From an uncultured Gammaproteobacteria bacterium (GTDB taxonomy: Bacteria > Pseudomonadota > Gammaproteobacteria > JAAEPA01), in assembly GCA_963731655.1 (NCBI GenBank), contig CAVSWL010000005.1:282926-346925 (forward strand): DNA of 64,000 nt. The letters run 5' to 3'. Positions 1 through 10,374 of the stretch are shown here, piece after piece. Each line of letters begins with the position of its first letter. Within the stretch, counting starts at the first letter, position 1. A program made the position numbers and the translations under genes. A model generated the notes under the pieces. That model was given only the letters and a program-made list of their open reading frames with translations. It had not been told where the DNA came from and made no database searches.

Positions 1-385
1 AGGGCGCCGGCGGTTTCCCGCCGAATGCCGGGCCGAGCGGGTTGCAATTCTTGATGGTGACCCGGCCCTGCAGAAGGTTGCCGCGGGAATTTTCGCTGAA
101 TATACAGCTGTTGGTGGCAGGGTCATAGTTCTCGATCCACAGCTCATTACCTTTCCAGGTGGTGGCGATGTGGTACTGACCCGCCGGCATGTTGATGCTC
201 ATGACGCCGCCCCAGCGCTTCACGAAGAGCTGCTGCAGATTGAAATAATAGAGGGCCCAGCCAACCAGCAGCACTATGGCCGCGACAGCCAGAGCGCTTT
301 TCAGATTGTCCAGTTTTACCCCGATGATAATCACCGCGGCGATGGCCAACCCGAAAACAAACGCCCAGTACAAATAGGTGATCAT
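1..385 (-). CDS. hypothetical membrane-anchored protein; 5' part in window, C-terminus lies beyond the window start
   Basis: ATG at 385-383 with a GAGGAG Shine-Dalgarno 7 nt upstream. N-terminal TM helix (MITYLYWAFVFGLAIAAVIIIGV...) then a soluble domain. The frame stays open to position 1, so it is absent from the complete-ORF track. Confidence 0.5.
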   Translation of the reverse strand, partial: MITYLYWAFVFGLAIAAVIIIGVKLDNLKSALAVAAIVLLVGWALYYFNLQQLFVKRWGGVMSINMPAGQYHIATTWKGNELWIENYDPATNSCIFSENSRGNLLQGRVTIKNCNPLGPAFGGKPPAP

Positions 386-684
386 AGCGGCACTCCTCGT
401 CTGTCTTGTGGGTATGACGACCTCTGCGGGGACTGCGCATCAGGCGCAGCAATACCGCCGAACGCCTCTGCAACAGGCAACTTTCGCTGGTATTGAAAGT
501 ACGCCCGGTCCGCACGCAGGTCGTCTTCGTAGCCGGTGTCGATCTCCACGCCCCAGCGGGCGATGGCCCTAAGCTTCGGCATTAGGAAAAATACTATCCG
601 GACGTCGGGACTTGCGGTCTGCTGAGTGCCCCTTTCCCACGGTTGGACTTCGGCTTTCCCGGCCCGGGCTGTCTCGTGGACAAA

Positions 685-789
685 TCTCTACGCCTGCTCG
701 CTAGCCTTGTTACTTTTCGCCCATCCCGCACTGCTCAGACCGCCAAGAGCGACTACGATGAAGGCGGTGTAGAGTATTGATCGTTTCAT
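685..789 (-). CDS. small (34 aa) signal-peptide-like ORF MKRSILYTAFIVVALGGLSSAGWAKSNKASEQA
   Basis: ATG preceded by AAGGTGA at 5 nt spacing; hydrophobic N-terminus; too short for the ORF track. Confidence 0.3.
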
Positions 790-831
790 AAGATCACCTT
801 TCTTTGCTTAACCGGCCATCATATACGAAGG

Positions 832-1385
832 ATGCGGAGGATCCTGAGGACAACTCCGTGCAGGTCCCACAACATGTCTCTGGGACCTGCACGCGCCTAC
901 CCCCAAATGCGCTATCGCCATGAAACAGCGGCGAACTATAGGGGTTCCTATTTATGGCCATACGCAAAATTCGTTCCACCTGTAAGCCTTACCGAGCCGG
1001 TGGTTAGAGCCGCGCGGCCTTATCTGGGGTAGCCGAGCGCCGCCCCGAGGATGCTGACCGGCGTAACGGCATCCTCCCACGGCCTGGACGTCGGTATCAA
1101 CAAAGACGGCTTTGGCGGTTCGCGGATCTCACCCATGCGCCCGCGTCGGTAGGAATCGGTAGGCAGTTGTCTCTCTCAGCACCAGAGACATTTCTCAGGC
1201 ATCCATTCATGAATTTGGAACTCGTGAAGCCCAGGCTGTTGGGTCATAGGGGTACTATACCCGGGCTGAATTCCATCTCCGTCCGCCTAAACCGCGTCAT
1301 CAAGAAATACGACCTGAACATGATCTACGTCGCGAGTGCAGGTCACGGCGGCCTAGGGATGGTAGCCAATACCTATCACGTGTAA
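832..1385 (+). pseudogene. phosphoketolase (Xfp) N-terminal remnant, frameshifted and truncated
   Basis: ORF 1167-1385 reads [17 protein letters not shown]...[29 protein letters not shown], matching the conserved Xfp N-terminal region (HWGTTPGLNF...GPGHGG). The upstream frame 832-1032 has a degraded ...AANY...YL segment. A stop at 1383 occurs where homology should continue. Confidence 0.5.
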
Positions 1386-1413
1386 AAATTACACTATCGT
1401 GTAAAAACTACAT
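1379..1413. repeat. paired box GTGTAAAAATTACAC-N3-GTGTAAAAACTACAT (family B, site a)
   Basis: Two 6-bp inverted-repeat boxes GTGTAA-N3-TTACAC in tandem. The same arrangement recurs at 25005, 34267, 51801 and 55219. Confidence 0.5.
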
Positions 1414-1432
1414 CAGAAGCATACGATACGGT

Positions 1433-2603
1433 GCTAGGGCCTTGATATACCAAGCCACGGCATAAATCATGATTTTTTTAAGGGTTGGAATCGAATAGGT
1501 TTTTCCATTCTTCAATCACCTGGAGGAGCTGGAAAAGTTCGATGATTCAGTTGGAGTTTACCGAGACCGAGATCGACGCGTTGAATTATGAGCGCTACCA
1601 CCACCCGCATCCGCGGGTACGACGGAAAATGGAAGCGGTGTGGTTGAAAAGCCAAGGATTGCCGCACCGAGAAATTAGCCGACTGACGGGGATAGGTTCG
1701 GCGACACTGACGAGCTATCTTCGGAGCTACGATCAAGGGGGACTGGACGCGCTCAAAGCGGTTGGTTTTTATCGACCGGTGAGTGAGTTGGAAGCGTATC
1801 GAGAGACGCTGGAGGCGTATTTCCGTGCGCACCCGCCCGCCACAATCAAAGAGGCGATGGCGGAGATTGAACACTTAACGGGGGTCCGCCGCAGTGAGGA
1901 GCGGGTGCGGGTGTTTCTCAAAGCGTTGGGGATGGCCTATCGCAAAGTGGGGATGGTGCCCGCGAAAGCCGATGTTGAGGCTCAACAGGCCTTTAAACTC
2001 AACGAATTAGAACCGCGCCTTGAGCAAGCTAAAGCCGGTCAACGGGCGGTCTTCTTTGTGGATGCCGCCCACTTTGTTCTGGCCCCGTTCCTGGGCTTGG
2101 TGTGGTGTTTTGCCCGCGTGTTTATCCGCGCACCGGCCGGGCGACAGCGGTTCAATGTGCTGGGTGCCTTGAATGCGATCACTCACGAGTGGGTAGCGGT
2201 AACCAATGACACCTACATTAACGCCCACAGTGTCTGTCAGTTATTGCGAGAGCTGGCCGCTTTGCAGTTGGAGGCGCCCATAACCCTGGTGCTGGATAAC
2301 GCGCGCTACCAGAAGTGTCAGCTGGTCTGGGCTTTGGCGAAGGCGCTGGGCATCGAATTGCTCTACCTGCCAGCCTATTCACCTAACTTGAATTTGATCG
2401 AACGGCTGTGGAAATTCGTGAAGAAAAAGTGCCTCTACTCCATTTACTACGCGAATTTCAAAGACTTCAAACAAGCCATTTCTAAGTGCTTGGCGCAAAC
2501 CCACACCACCTATAAAACGGAACTTGATTCCCTACTTGCGCTACGATTTCAGACCTTCAGAAAATCTCAGGTTATAGCGTTGTGAAGTATAACAGGCACT
2601 AGT
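1433..2603. mobile_element. IS630-family insertion sequence (~1.17 kb)
   Basis: Imperfect terminal inverted repeats gCTAGgGCCTtgaTATAC (left) and GTATAacaGGCAcTAG (right), both ending in CTAG, the IS630 target with TA duplication. Contains a single DDE transposase gene. Confidence 0.65.
1542..2585 (+). CDS. IS630/Tc1-mariner family DDE transposase
   Basis: N-terminal HTH region plus DDE_3 domain with the signature ...AYSPNLNLIERLWKFVKK. 347 aa from the first ATG (the track ORF starts at an upstream TTG). Confidence 0.85.
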   Translation: MIQLEFTETEIDALNYERYHHPHPRVRRKMEAVWLKSQGLPHREISRLTGIGSATLTSYLRSYDQGGLDALKAVGFYRPVSELEAYRETLEAYFRAHPPATIKEAMAEIEHLTGVRRSEERVRVFLKALGMAYRKVGMVPAKADVEAQQAFKLNELEPRLEQAKAGQRAVFFVDAAHFVLAPFLGLVWCFARVFIRAPAGRQRFNVLGALNAITHEWVAVTNDTYINAHSVCQLLRELAALQLEAPITLVLDNARYQKCQLVWALAKALGIELLYLPAYSPNLNLIERLWKFVKKKCLYSIYYANFKDFKQAISKCLAQTHTTYKTELDSLLALRFQTFRKSQVIAL

Positions 2604-2946
2604 GAATCTCGATGTAAACGGGCTCCCCATCGATTTCCTTCGTTTTGCAACGGAGATCAATCGTACACCGTTTGCAAAGTGGGCCTTGATCGCATTGCTG
2701 TCGAATGCCTGCAGCCGGCAAGTTCCCTGCCGGTTAGAAACAGTGAGTGTCAAACTACGGATAGCGCCGATAGTTATTCGGCCGGTATGAATTTCCGGTA
2801 CTGTATGCGGCTTGAAGAAGACAATTTCCTGAAAATAGGTGCTTATGATAAATAAAACCGGCAAGAAAGATGTTCCTGTGCTAGTGGATGAGCTGGGACA
2901 GACGTCTGCGGAGGAGTTGGGTATTCGCCTGGAGTAGAACACACCG

Positions 2947-3099
2947 TTCCCCCTGTTCCGATTGCTGGTGTTTTCATTGCTTGCCAGTGCCCGTATCAGC
3001 CTTGAAAAAGCTCTGACTCCGGCGCGTTGGCCGAAAGAGGCTGGAACACGGCCGAAAAAATGGCCGCAGCTAGTTAGCGGGAGCGTACCGACATATTGA
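2947..3099 (+). pseudogene. HhH-GPD (endonuclease III-like) glycosylase N-terminal fragment
   Basis: Frame reads FPLFRLLVFSLLASARISLEKALTPARWPKEAG, resembling the Nth N-terminus (FELLIAxLLSAQxTDxxVNKAT). No start codon and no continuation. Confidence 0.3.
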
Positions 3100-3420
3100 A
3101 CCGCTCCGACTACGCTCGTTAAGTTGAAAGCACATTGCGCATGTTGGGCGATACGCCCGAGTATCTGCTGGATTATTACCGTGGTGAAAGGTGCGCAAGC
3201 CAACATCGCCCCAGCGCTGCCCCGCACGGGATAGCAACAGACTTATCCCGCCGAGAATTGCCGTGCCCTGTAGGACGAGCAGTAGCGGCAGAGGCTCGTG
3301 TCCTTCAGTCAATTGCGCGAGCAACGCGACCGCGACGCCGTTTACCGCAACGAGCACCAGCAATAGCAGGATCGCCAGCCAGGCACGCCGCCGGTCCAAC
3401 TCACTCACCGCCTTGCACAC
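3070..3420 (-). CDS. hypothetical small membrane protein
   Basis: ORF with two long hydrophobic segments (WLAILLLLVLVAVNGVAVALLAQL...LLLVLQGTAILGGISLLL). The opposite-strand frames are R/P/A-rich and look like antisense artefacts. Confidence 0.3.
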   Translation of the reverse strand: MCKAVSELDRRRAWLAILLLLVLVAVNGVAVALLAQLTEGHEPLPLLLVLQGTAILGGISLLLSRAGQRWGDVGLRTFHHGNNPADTRAYRPTCAMCFQLNERSRSGSICRYAPAN

Positions 3421-3644
3421 ACCGGGATGTGCAAGCGCCCGCAGCGCCGTTTACGGTCTCGCCAATCTTGGCGGTCAGCCTGTTGCACGCTCCACACGTC
3501 AATTGCAACAGCCGTCCCCTATCGGGTTACATCGAGTCCATAGCTTCGCCGCTGCAATTCGTCACCGGTTTTCATGATCGGATACGTCACCCCCGGCAAT
3601 GAGTATCCGGTTACCACGCCCACAGGGTGGTTTCGATTCCGTGC

Positions 3645-4031
3645 TCATGAAGGCCCGCTATGAGTCGATGAACCGGGTTCCTGGATCCAGGCGCGTGCCG
3701 CATCGAGTTGCTGTTCCTTAAAAAATTCTACTTCGGCACCGGTGAATGGCCGTGAAACAGTTGCCATCCATTTTATGGATTCATCTTTACCCACTACCGC
3801 AAGGCGGCCCACGTCATTGAAGTGCTTGACGTCGAACTTAAGGTCTTCCCACAGGGCCGCCGGAGTCCAGCCGTGGAAGTTCTTGATTCGAACCAGCAGG
3901 TTCACTTTTCCTTGGCGTTCGATACTCTGCTCGGCGAGGGGGATGAACTCACGGTAATCGTCCGAGTTCAGTTTATCCAATATGTCGAGTTCCAGTGCTG
4001 ACGGACCCAATATTTCAATTGCTATGGTCAT
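3645..4031 (-). CDS. SpoIIAA-like / STAS-type protein (paralog of 17031-17405)
   Basis: 128 aa with GGGGAG RBS before the ATG. About 30% identity to the second copy at 17031-17405, conserved FxGWxxxAL and KLAVVxD segments. Confidence 0.7.
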   Translation of the reverse strand: MTIAIEILGPSALELDILDKLNSDDYREFIPLAEQSIERQGKVNLLVRIKNFHGWTPAALWEDLKFDVKHFNDVGRLAVVGKDESIKWMATVSRPFTGAEVEFFKEQQLDAARAWIQEPGSSTHSGPS

Positions 4032-4242
4032 GATTGCTCCCCTTTCGGTATCGGGGACAGCTTAGCCACCCGATTATTCAGAAGTTATAGACGGTGCGTC
4101 AAGAAGCGTACCACCGGTTCAATCTTTCAACACGGCGACGGCACCTTCTTTGCGAATTAATGGAATGTCGATTTCGTACGCACGAAGGCGCCTATGATGC
4201 CGGCTCACATTTAAGTTTATATGCCCTCATGAGTGCCTGGGG

Positions 4243-4260
4243 CATTGAGAAATATCAATG
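4243..4260. promoter_or_regulatory. palindrome CATTGAGAAATATCAATG (family A site)
   Basis: 18-bp inverted repeat with core TTGA-N6-TCAA, 212 bp upstream of the STAS gene start. Confidence 0.45.
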
Positions 4261-4512
4261 ATTTTAGTTTGCTGTTTCGTCATATTTGGATTTACCCAAT
4301 TGTTGCATAACTTCGTGGTCCTGGGCGTCAGTTACCGAAAACTTTCTGCGGACTTGTAGGATGGGCTGAGCTTAGCGAAGCGCATCTGTCGCGATCGATG
4401 CGGTTCGTGTTACTCACCACATTCTAATGGTAATTTTCCCATGTAGCTTAACCTCACTGGGAGTGAACTTAAGCCACACGCCGTTTTGTAGCGAAAATAC
4501 CGCATTTAATAG

Positions 4513-4791
4513 ACCCAAAACGATTCAGAGCAGATACTTTATGCAACTGGCAGGTTTACTGACAGCGAAGGCTCTGAAGCGTACAACCAACGACTGTCCG
4601 AACGGCGTGCGAATGCGGTCCGCGAGGCATTGCTACAGCGGGGAATCAATGCGGATCGGATTCGGTTGCGAGGCTATGGTGAAGCCTATCCCGTCGCCAC
4701 CAACGACACGCCAGCCGGTCGAGCGCAAAACCGTCGAGTTGAAATCATCGTTTCTGATCGTGATGGAGAGATACCGCAACGTGCTTCCTGA
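4513..4791 (+). pseudogene. OmpA-family C-terminal (peptidoglycan-binding) domain fragment
   Basis: Frame reads ...TGRFTDSEGSEAYNQRLSERRANAVREALLQRGINADRIRLRGYGEAYPVATNDTPAGRAQNRRVEIIVSD. It opens just after a TAG, has no start codon, and no N-terminal barrel. Confidence 0.55.
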
Positions 4792-5324
4792 ACATCTCCC
4801 CTTATATTAATAACAAGTCATAACAAGTCATGATTTGTTTACGCGATCTAGCTAACGCCTCGAAGTCATTTGAAACTCCCTCCGATGGCATTGTACGGTA
4901 TAAAAAAATCGGCTCGAAATGGTTAACTCGCGTGAATACTGCGCTTTAGTCCGGACTTGTACGCTACGCTTCCTTAAGTTTTCCACAAGTCCGGCCTTAC
5001 TCACAGTAGAGCGTTTAAAACTTTTAACCCGCTTCTCTCGCCCTTTTCCTGATTCTCACTTTGTCTTCCAGCCCGATGGAGCGAGTCGAGCCGTTCCAAA
5101 TCGCCTAAGATTCGAAGCTTCTTTCTTCGTCAAGAACACCGCTTGCTTTATACGTAAGATGAAGATTCGCAAGACTACCGGTGAATTCGCGGTCGTGCCG
5201 AATTCATTCTCGTTGAAAATTCCAGTTAACATTGCGACGAATCGAAACCACCGTCGTGTGGCTGGGTATGAATCGATTGGCTACAGATCCATGAAACGAT
5301 AAAAAGCCAAACACAAGGGCCGCG

Positions 5325-8027
5325 TCAGCTTCGATTGTTCGGCGTCGCTTGGTCCTGCAGCGCACGCAGGTGAGTTTGTATGGCTTCCGTGATTCGTGTT
5401 GCCGCATCCTCTCCTTGTCCCTGCTCGGCGAGCCGGCGAGAATCGATCGCCGTACCGAAACGCACTCTGAGGCGGCACAGGCGTGGAAAGAGACGCCCGG
5501 GGGGCATCGCCTCGTGACTGCCGTGGATGGATACTGCGACCACCGGCGCGGGAAAACGATCCAGAAGCCTACCGATGCCCGGGCGAAACGGCTGCAGCTC
5601 GCCACTCTCAGAGCGTTGGCCCTCGGGGAACCAGATCAGTCCGCGGTTTTGCTTGAGGACCGAAGCGGTCAGCGCTAGGCTGCTGCGCACGCCAGCCTGT
5701 GGATCGATCGGCAGTACCTGTGCCGCTCGGCTGACGAAGCGACTCAGTGGGTTGCTGAATGCCACCCCTGTCCATCCGCCCCAGTACAAGCTATGCAGCC
5801 GCGCCAAGGACAGCGCTGCCGCTACCGCGAAGGGGTCCAGATAACTGGCATGGTTGCAGGCAATCACTACCGGCCCCTGCATGGGCATCCGGTCGCGGTC
5901 TTGCACCTGCAAGCGGAACAGTCCCCGTAAGGCCAACCAGTTAATAGCATACAGGGTGTTGGCGACGGCCCGCAGAAGCGGGCCGCGGGCTTGCAGCCAG
6001 TGGCGGTGAGCGGCATCGAGAGCGTCCTCGGGATCATCAAGCGGGTCGGTGATCAGTTTGTCCTGTGCCGCGGAACTCACCAACTCGCGCAGTAGATCAC
6101 GCACGGTCTCGATGCCGCCGATGGCTTCCTCGTCGAGTTCCATGCCGGTACGCCGACCCAATTCCATGGTCAGATTAAGCCATGCCAGGGAATCCACGCC
6201 CAGTTCGCTCTGCAGGCGAGTGTCGGGCGTGAGTCCCCGTTTCGGATAGCGCTGTGCCAGCCAATCCCAGGTGTGGCGGGCTGCGGCGTGTTCCATCAAA
6301 CTGCGGTCTTCGGCGGACATCTCTTCGATGTCCAGCGGTGCAAGCTGTTGCGGTTCGCCGCCCTCGGCGCGGGCGCGCTCGTAACGCTCCTCAAGCTCAT
6401 GCCGCTTGATTTTGCCGAGTCGAGTGCGCGGCAGTGGGTTGCGCGTCGGCGTGGCATCGACGAGCCGCTGATAGGAAGGCAACTTGCGGGCGATCTCGCC
6501 AATCGTGCCTCGAATGCGCCGTTGAGAATCCTCGGAAACACCGCCGGTAGGCACCACAAGCGCCACTAGTTGCCCGTTATGCTGCAAAATGCCGATCTCC
6601 GCAATGGCTTCGTGGCCCGCATAGCGCGCTTCCAGATCGTCAGGCTGAATGTTTTCGCCCCCATCGGTCACGATCAGCGTCGATACCCGGCCGGTAATAT
6701 GCAGATAACCGTCATCGTCCAGCAAGCCGAGATCACCGGTGCGAAACCAGCCGTCGTGCGTAAACGTTTCCTCGGTCTTTCGTGGTTGATTTCGGTAGCC
6801 GGCGAATACATTCGGCCCACGGGCCTGGATTTCGCCTTCGTTGCTGCGCGATTCCTGCGCCGGCGGCGCGGCTTGCCGGTCGATGCGCAGTTCCACGCCA
6901 GGGGGCGGCCGACCCGCGCTACCCAGTCGCGTTCCGCCGGGTGAGTCGAGCGTCAGCAATGGCGCGGTCTCGGTCAGGCCGTAGCCCACCGCCACCTGCC
7001 AGCCCAGTGCTTCGAGGTTCAAGGCCAGCTGCTTGTCCAGCGCGGACCCGCCGCAGGCGAGCATTCGCAATTGCCTGCCTGTCTTGCGGTGCAGCGGATA
7101 CAGCAAGACCTTACCGATATGCCAACCGGTGCGGCGGCGCACGGAGCGGCTCAGTCGAAACAGGCCCCGGAAGAAAGTACGCCCGAGGAAACCGGCATTT
7201 TCAGCTTGCACGGTGATGCCTTCGAACAGGGCTGCATAGAACCGTGGCACGCCGATGATGACGCTCGCCGAGCCGTCGCGAACCGCCCGCATCACCTGCG
7301 GACCGGTCAGGGCGTGAGGAAGGATCAGGGTCAGTCCCATCAGTATTGGCGCCAACATGCCGATCACGAACGGATAGACATGGTGCAGCGGCAGGGGCAA
7401 CAGGATACGGTCGCCCTCATGGACTACGCCGGCCGCGCCTAAAGTGTCCAGTTGAAATTCCAGGTTACGGTGCGTCAGCGGCACCCCTTTAGGCGGCCCG
7501 GTGGTGCCCGAGGTATAAAACAACGCCGCGGTGGCGTCGGCCCGGTTATCAGGCAGCGTTGCGGCACTATCGGTCAGCGCACGCCAGCCTGGCATGCTGT
7601 CAGCTGTACTATCCAGAAGCATGAGCTGGGCTTGCGGCGCGGCTGCGTGCACGCGCTCGCGCTGCGCGGCGTTGGTGAACACCCAGCGAGCATCGCTGTT
7701 GTGCAGTATCCGTTGCAGTGTATCGTCGGCAAGCTGGACGTCGAGAGGTGTGACGACGGCGCCGGAGCGCAGTACGGCGAGCGCGGCGATGATCCATTCC
7801 GGCCGGTCGGCGCCGATCAGAACCACGCTTTCTCCGGGCTGGGTTCGCTCCCTTATGCCACGTGCTAGTGCCTGCACCTGTTCGCCGACACTGTGATAGG
7901 GCCATTGTTGCGTTTCCTTCTCCGTGTATGCTTGAAACAGGGGTTGCTCCCCTCGCTGGTCGAGTCCATCGATCAATTTGTCGAGTCGGGAGCGTGAGGT
8001 TGTTGCACTGGTGTTCGTTCGGCCCAT
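5325..8027 (-). CDS. tri-domain acyl-CoA/AMP ligase - acyl carrier domain - 1-acylglycerol-3-phosphate acyltransferase (Aas-like lipid re-acylation enzyme)
   Basis: 900 aa. AMP-binding motif FYTSGTTGPPKGV, phosphopantetheine attachment motif LGVDSLAWLNL, and PlsC motifs CNHASYLDP (HX4D) and FPEGQRS. Confidence 0.85.
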   Translation of the reverse strand: MGRTNTSATTSRSRLDKLIDGLDQRGEQPLFQAYTEKETQQWPYHSVGEQVQALARGIRERTQPGESVVLIGADRPEWIIAALAVLRSGAVVTPLDVQLADDTLQRILHNSDARWVFTNAAQRERVHAAAPQAQLMLLDSTADSMPGWRALTDSAATLPDNRADATAALFYTSGTTGPPKGVPLTHRNLEFQLDTLGAAGVVHEGDRILLPLPLHHVYPFVIGMLAPILMGLTLILPHALTGPQVMRAVRDGSASVIIGVPRFYAALFEGITVQAENAGFLGRTFFRGLFRLSRSVRRRTGWHIGKVLLYPLHRKTGRQLRMLACGGSALDKQLALNLEALGWQVAVGYGLTETAPLLTLDSPGGTRLGSAGRPPPGVELRIDRQAAPPAQESRSNEGEIQARGPNVFAGYRNQPRKTEETFTHDGWFRTGDLGLLDDDGYLHITGRVSTLIVTDGGENIQPDDLEARYAGHEAIAEIGILQHNGQLVALVVPTGGVSEDSQRRIRGTIGEIARKLPSYQRLVDATPTRNPLPRTRLGKIKRHELEERYERARAEGGEPQQLAPLDIEEMSAEDRSLMEHAAARHTWDWLAQRYPKRGLTPDTRLQSELGVDSLAWLNLTMELGRRTGMELDEEAIGGIETVRDLLRELVSSAAQDKLITDPLDDPEDALDAAHRHWLQARGPLLRAVANTLYAINWLALRGLFRLQVQDRDRMPMQGPVVIACNHASYLDPFAVAAALSLARLHSLYWGGWTGVAFSNPLSRFVSRAAQVLPIDPQAGVRSSLALTASVLKQNRGLIWFPEGQRSESGELQPFRPGIGRLLDRFPAPVVAVSIHGSHEAMPPGRLFPRLCRLRVRFGTAIDSRRLAEQGQGEDAATRITEAIQTHLRALQDQATPNNRS

Positions 8028-8173
8028 GGAGTTTTGTTCCGCCGTGACGGGAGTGAGATCAGTACAGCTGTACCGCGCACGAAAAGTACCTTACGTTTCT
8101 ATCGACCATCTTGCCCGGAGAAGCCTGAAAAGGACATGATGCAGCCGACGCCGGGGCTCCGGTGCCGGTGTTG

Positions 8174-8380
8174 TCATCCCCCCATGTTCTGCGCTACGAA
8201 GTGCCGGTTAACCCGGTGCCAAAATGCCTCGATGTATTGAGCGTGGGCATTGCGGTCGTCGATAGAGTAGGCATGTTCCCATACCTCACAGCTTAGCAAC
8301 GGCCGCTTGTCATCGGCCATCGGGTTGTCCGGCTGGGCTTCGTGCCGAGTTTCCCATGCCGCTGTCGGACATTGTCGCAT
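8174..8380 (-). pseudogene. Fe/Mn superoxide dismutase C-terminal fragment
   Basis: ...AQPDNPMADDKRPLLSCEVWEHAYSIDDRNAHAQYIEAFWHRVNRHFVAQN aligns to the C-terminus of sodB at 14569-15153 (DVWEHAYYIDYRN...YIEAFWN). The N-terminal three-quarters are absent. Confidence 0.65.
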
Positions 8381-8454
8381 TTGTCCAATTACCCTCTATC
8401 GAGGCTAATATGCCTCTGATATAACTTCAAAATAACTTCCAATCGCGCGGGTAG

Positions 8455-8472
8455 CATTGAAATAAATCAATG
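8455..8472. promoter_or_regulatory. palindrome CATTGAAATAAATCAATG (family A site)
   Basis: 75 bp upstream of the sod fragment. Confidence 0.45.
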
Positions 8473-9041
8473 CACCAGTCATGGGAAAACGGTTAGCTGT
8501 ACACGTTTACCTATGATTGAGGTTTGAATGAATGAGTGAAGGGGTGGGATAGGACAACGGTGTAGGCCGCAAGACCTTACCGGATGCATCTGCAGTCTCT
8601 GGACGATGAAGAAGGCGAGTGAAATAGATTTAATTTGACGACCAATTGTGGACCGTGCGTTGTCTTGTCGTGCATACCGGCAGCTGCTTGCTGGGCAAGG
8701 AAGTGCTGATTTCCCCATAGCCGATGACGAAGGTAGACCTGGAGATTACACGCCATCAACTCAGCGGGGTCACCATGAACCGAACGGCGTGCTAGGAAGC
8801 CAGTAATCAGTCGCCTGTCGATTTCCATTGTTTGCGGTTTTTCACCGCATTTTCCCAGTGTTCAATGCATTCTAATCCGCAAAAGTAGAGGATGGAATCA
8901 GCGTTCTCGGGTGTCATGGCGGCGTCGCGGGAAATCTCCCTGCGGCGGATATGACATTTCAAGAGAATCTCCTAAAAACAGGTGCTTATCTATCCTCCAT
9001 TCACCAGCCGCTGATGGAAACAAGGAGCAAAACAAGGCGCA

Positions 9042-9799
9042 ATGAAAACTTCGTTGAAAGTAAACTTGACCCACCGCTGCATCTATTTCATCCGGCGTCT
9101 GACCCATAAAATCGGACCTTCGGAAATGGCTGTGCTCATATCTCTGGCGCTGATCATGGGTGGCGTTTGGCTGTTTGCCGAGATCGCCGATGAAGTCATA
9201 GCACAGGAAAAGATCGGTTTCGATCAGCGGATCCTTTCGATGCTGCGACCGCCTGGCCCACCGTGGCAGCCGGTCGGTCCCGCGTGGCTCGTGCAAATCG
9301 CCAGGGATATCACCGCGCTCGGCGGGCTTACCTTATTGACCTTGCTTAGCGCGCTGGTCTCCATTTATTTCGGGCTGAAACGAAGATTCAGTTTGATGAT
9401 ACTGACGCTTTCGACGCAGATCGGCGGGGTGGCGGCCAGCCATGCGCTCAAGATTTACTGCGGACGAGCCCGTCCGGATATCGAGCAACTCGTAACGGTG
9501 TCGACTTTAAGCTTTCCCAGCGGCCATGCCATGATGTCCGCCGTAGTTTATCTCACCTTGGGTGCCTTGCTGGCACGTGCTGAAGACAAAAACGATTCAA
9601 GATCTTCTTTTTAGGCACGGCACTGCTACTGACCTTGCTGGTGGGAATAAGCCGAGTCTATCTGGGAGTTCACTTCCCAACCGATGTGCTGGCCGGCTGG
9701 ATCGTGGGCGCCGTATGGGCCATGATTTGCCTGGGCGCTGCCACCCTCATCAGCCGGCGGTACGATTCGTCCCGTCGGGCTGTGGAATCCGACGCTTGA
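9042..9799 (+). pseudogene. PAP2-family phosphatase (undecaprenyl-diphosphatase/PgpB-like), frameshifted
   Basis: Frame 1 (9042-9614) has KxxxxxxRP and PSGH motifs and stops after ...ARAEDKNDSRSSF. A second frame from ~9590 continues with ...FFLGTALLLTLLVGISRVYLGVHFPTDVLAGW (the third PAP2 motif SRxxxxxHxxxD) to 9799. The shift maps to the A5 run at 9588-9592. Confidence 0.6.
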
Positions 9800-9931
9800 C
9801 CGCCGCCCTGACCAAACCGGTCGTGAGGAGTATCGGGTGCCGGTCTGTCTGTATAACCCTGCCGATCCCTGCAATTCTCAAATGGTGCATTCTATGGCGG
9901 ATGCTGCTCTAGGGGCGTTCTCGGTCCTCTA

Positions 9932-10189
9932 TTGCAAATGACCGCTATGCGAAATCTTCCTTCGGCAGGGTTGAATTTTATCCTGGTGTGCAAGCCCGAT
10001 TCCCACAAGACGTTATCGGAATGGGTGGGGGGACTGACAGTCACCGGTGATGTGCAAACGCTCGAGCTCAACCGTCGACAAGGCAAATACCACTCTATCG
10101 ATACCTACCGCTTCGTCAATCAGGTGCCTTTACGCGATCGCGAAGCGACCCTCGAGGTCAACGGAAGCGAGCTATTCACCATCCGCTAG
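9932..10189 (+). CDS. hypothetical ORF, possibly an N-terminal fragment of a DDE transposase
   Basis: 85-aa ORF at the edge of the low-GC island. MRNLPSAGLNFILV weakly resembles IS4/IS1380 transposase N-termini. Confidence 0.25.
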   Translation: MQMTAMRNLPSAGLNFILVCKPDSHKTLSEWVGGLTVTGDVQTLELNRRQGKYHSIDTYRFVNQVPLRDREATLEVNGSELFTIR

Positions 10190-10374
10190 GAAAACCACCA
10201 CCTCTTTCTCGTTCAGTTGGCTTATGCAAACTGATGCCGGTTATCATTCCACGGTAGCAACCGCACTTCCTGCCACGGACCGCAAAGGAAAAGGAAGCAG
10301 AAGGAGGCCCAAATTATGCCCGGCAATATGGGCAGGTATCGAGCTATTGATGCACCAGAAACCCACGTAGTTAA

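Noticed and set aside
4803-4826. Tandem 10-bp duplication TAACAAGTCA x2 right after the OmpA fragment
   Set aside because: Only two units, no spacers, not CRISPR-like. Probably a replication-slippage duplication; too short to interpret as an att site
5204-5605. ORFs overlapping the 3' end of the Aas-like gene and the region downstream (also 4919-5302, 5281-5478)
   Set aside because: No RBS, low-complexity Arg/Ser-rich sequence, and they overlap a well-supported gene
8421-8440. Direct repeat ATAACTTC-AAA-ATAACTTCC next to the family-A palindrome at 8455
   Set aside because: A single occurrence with no counterpart at the other palindrome sites
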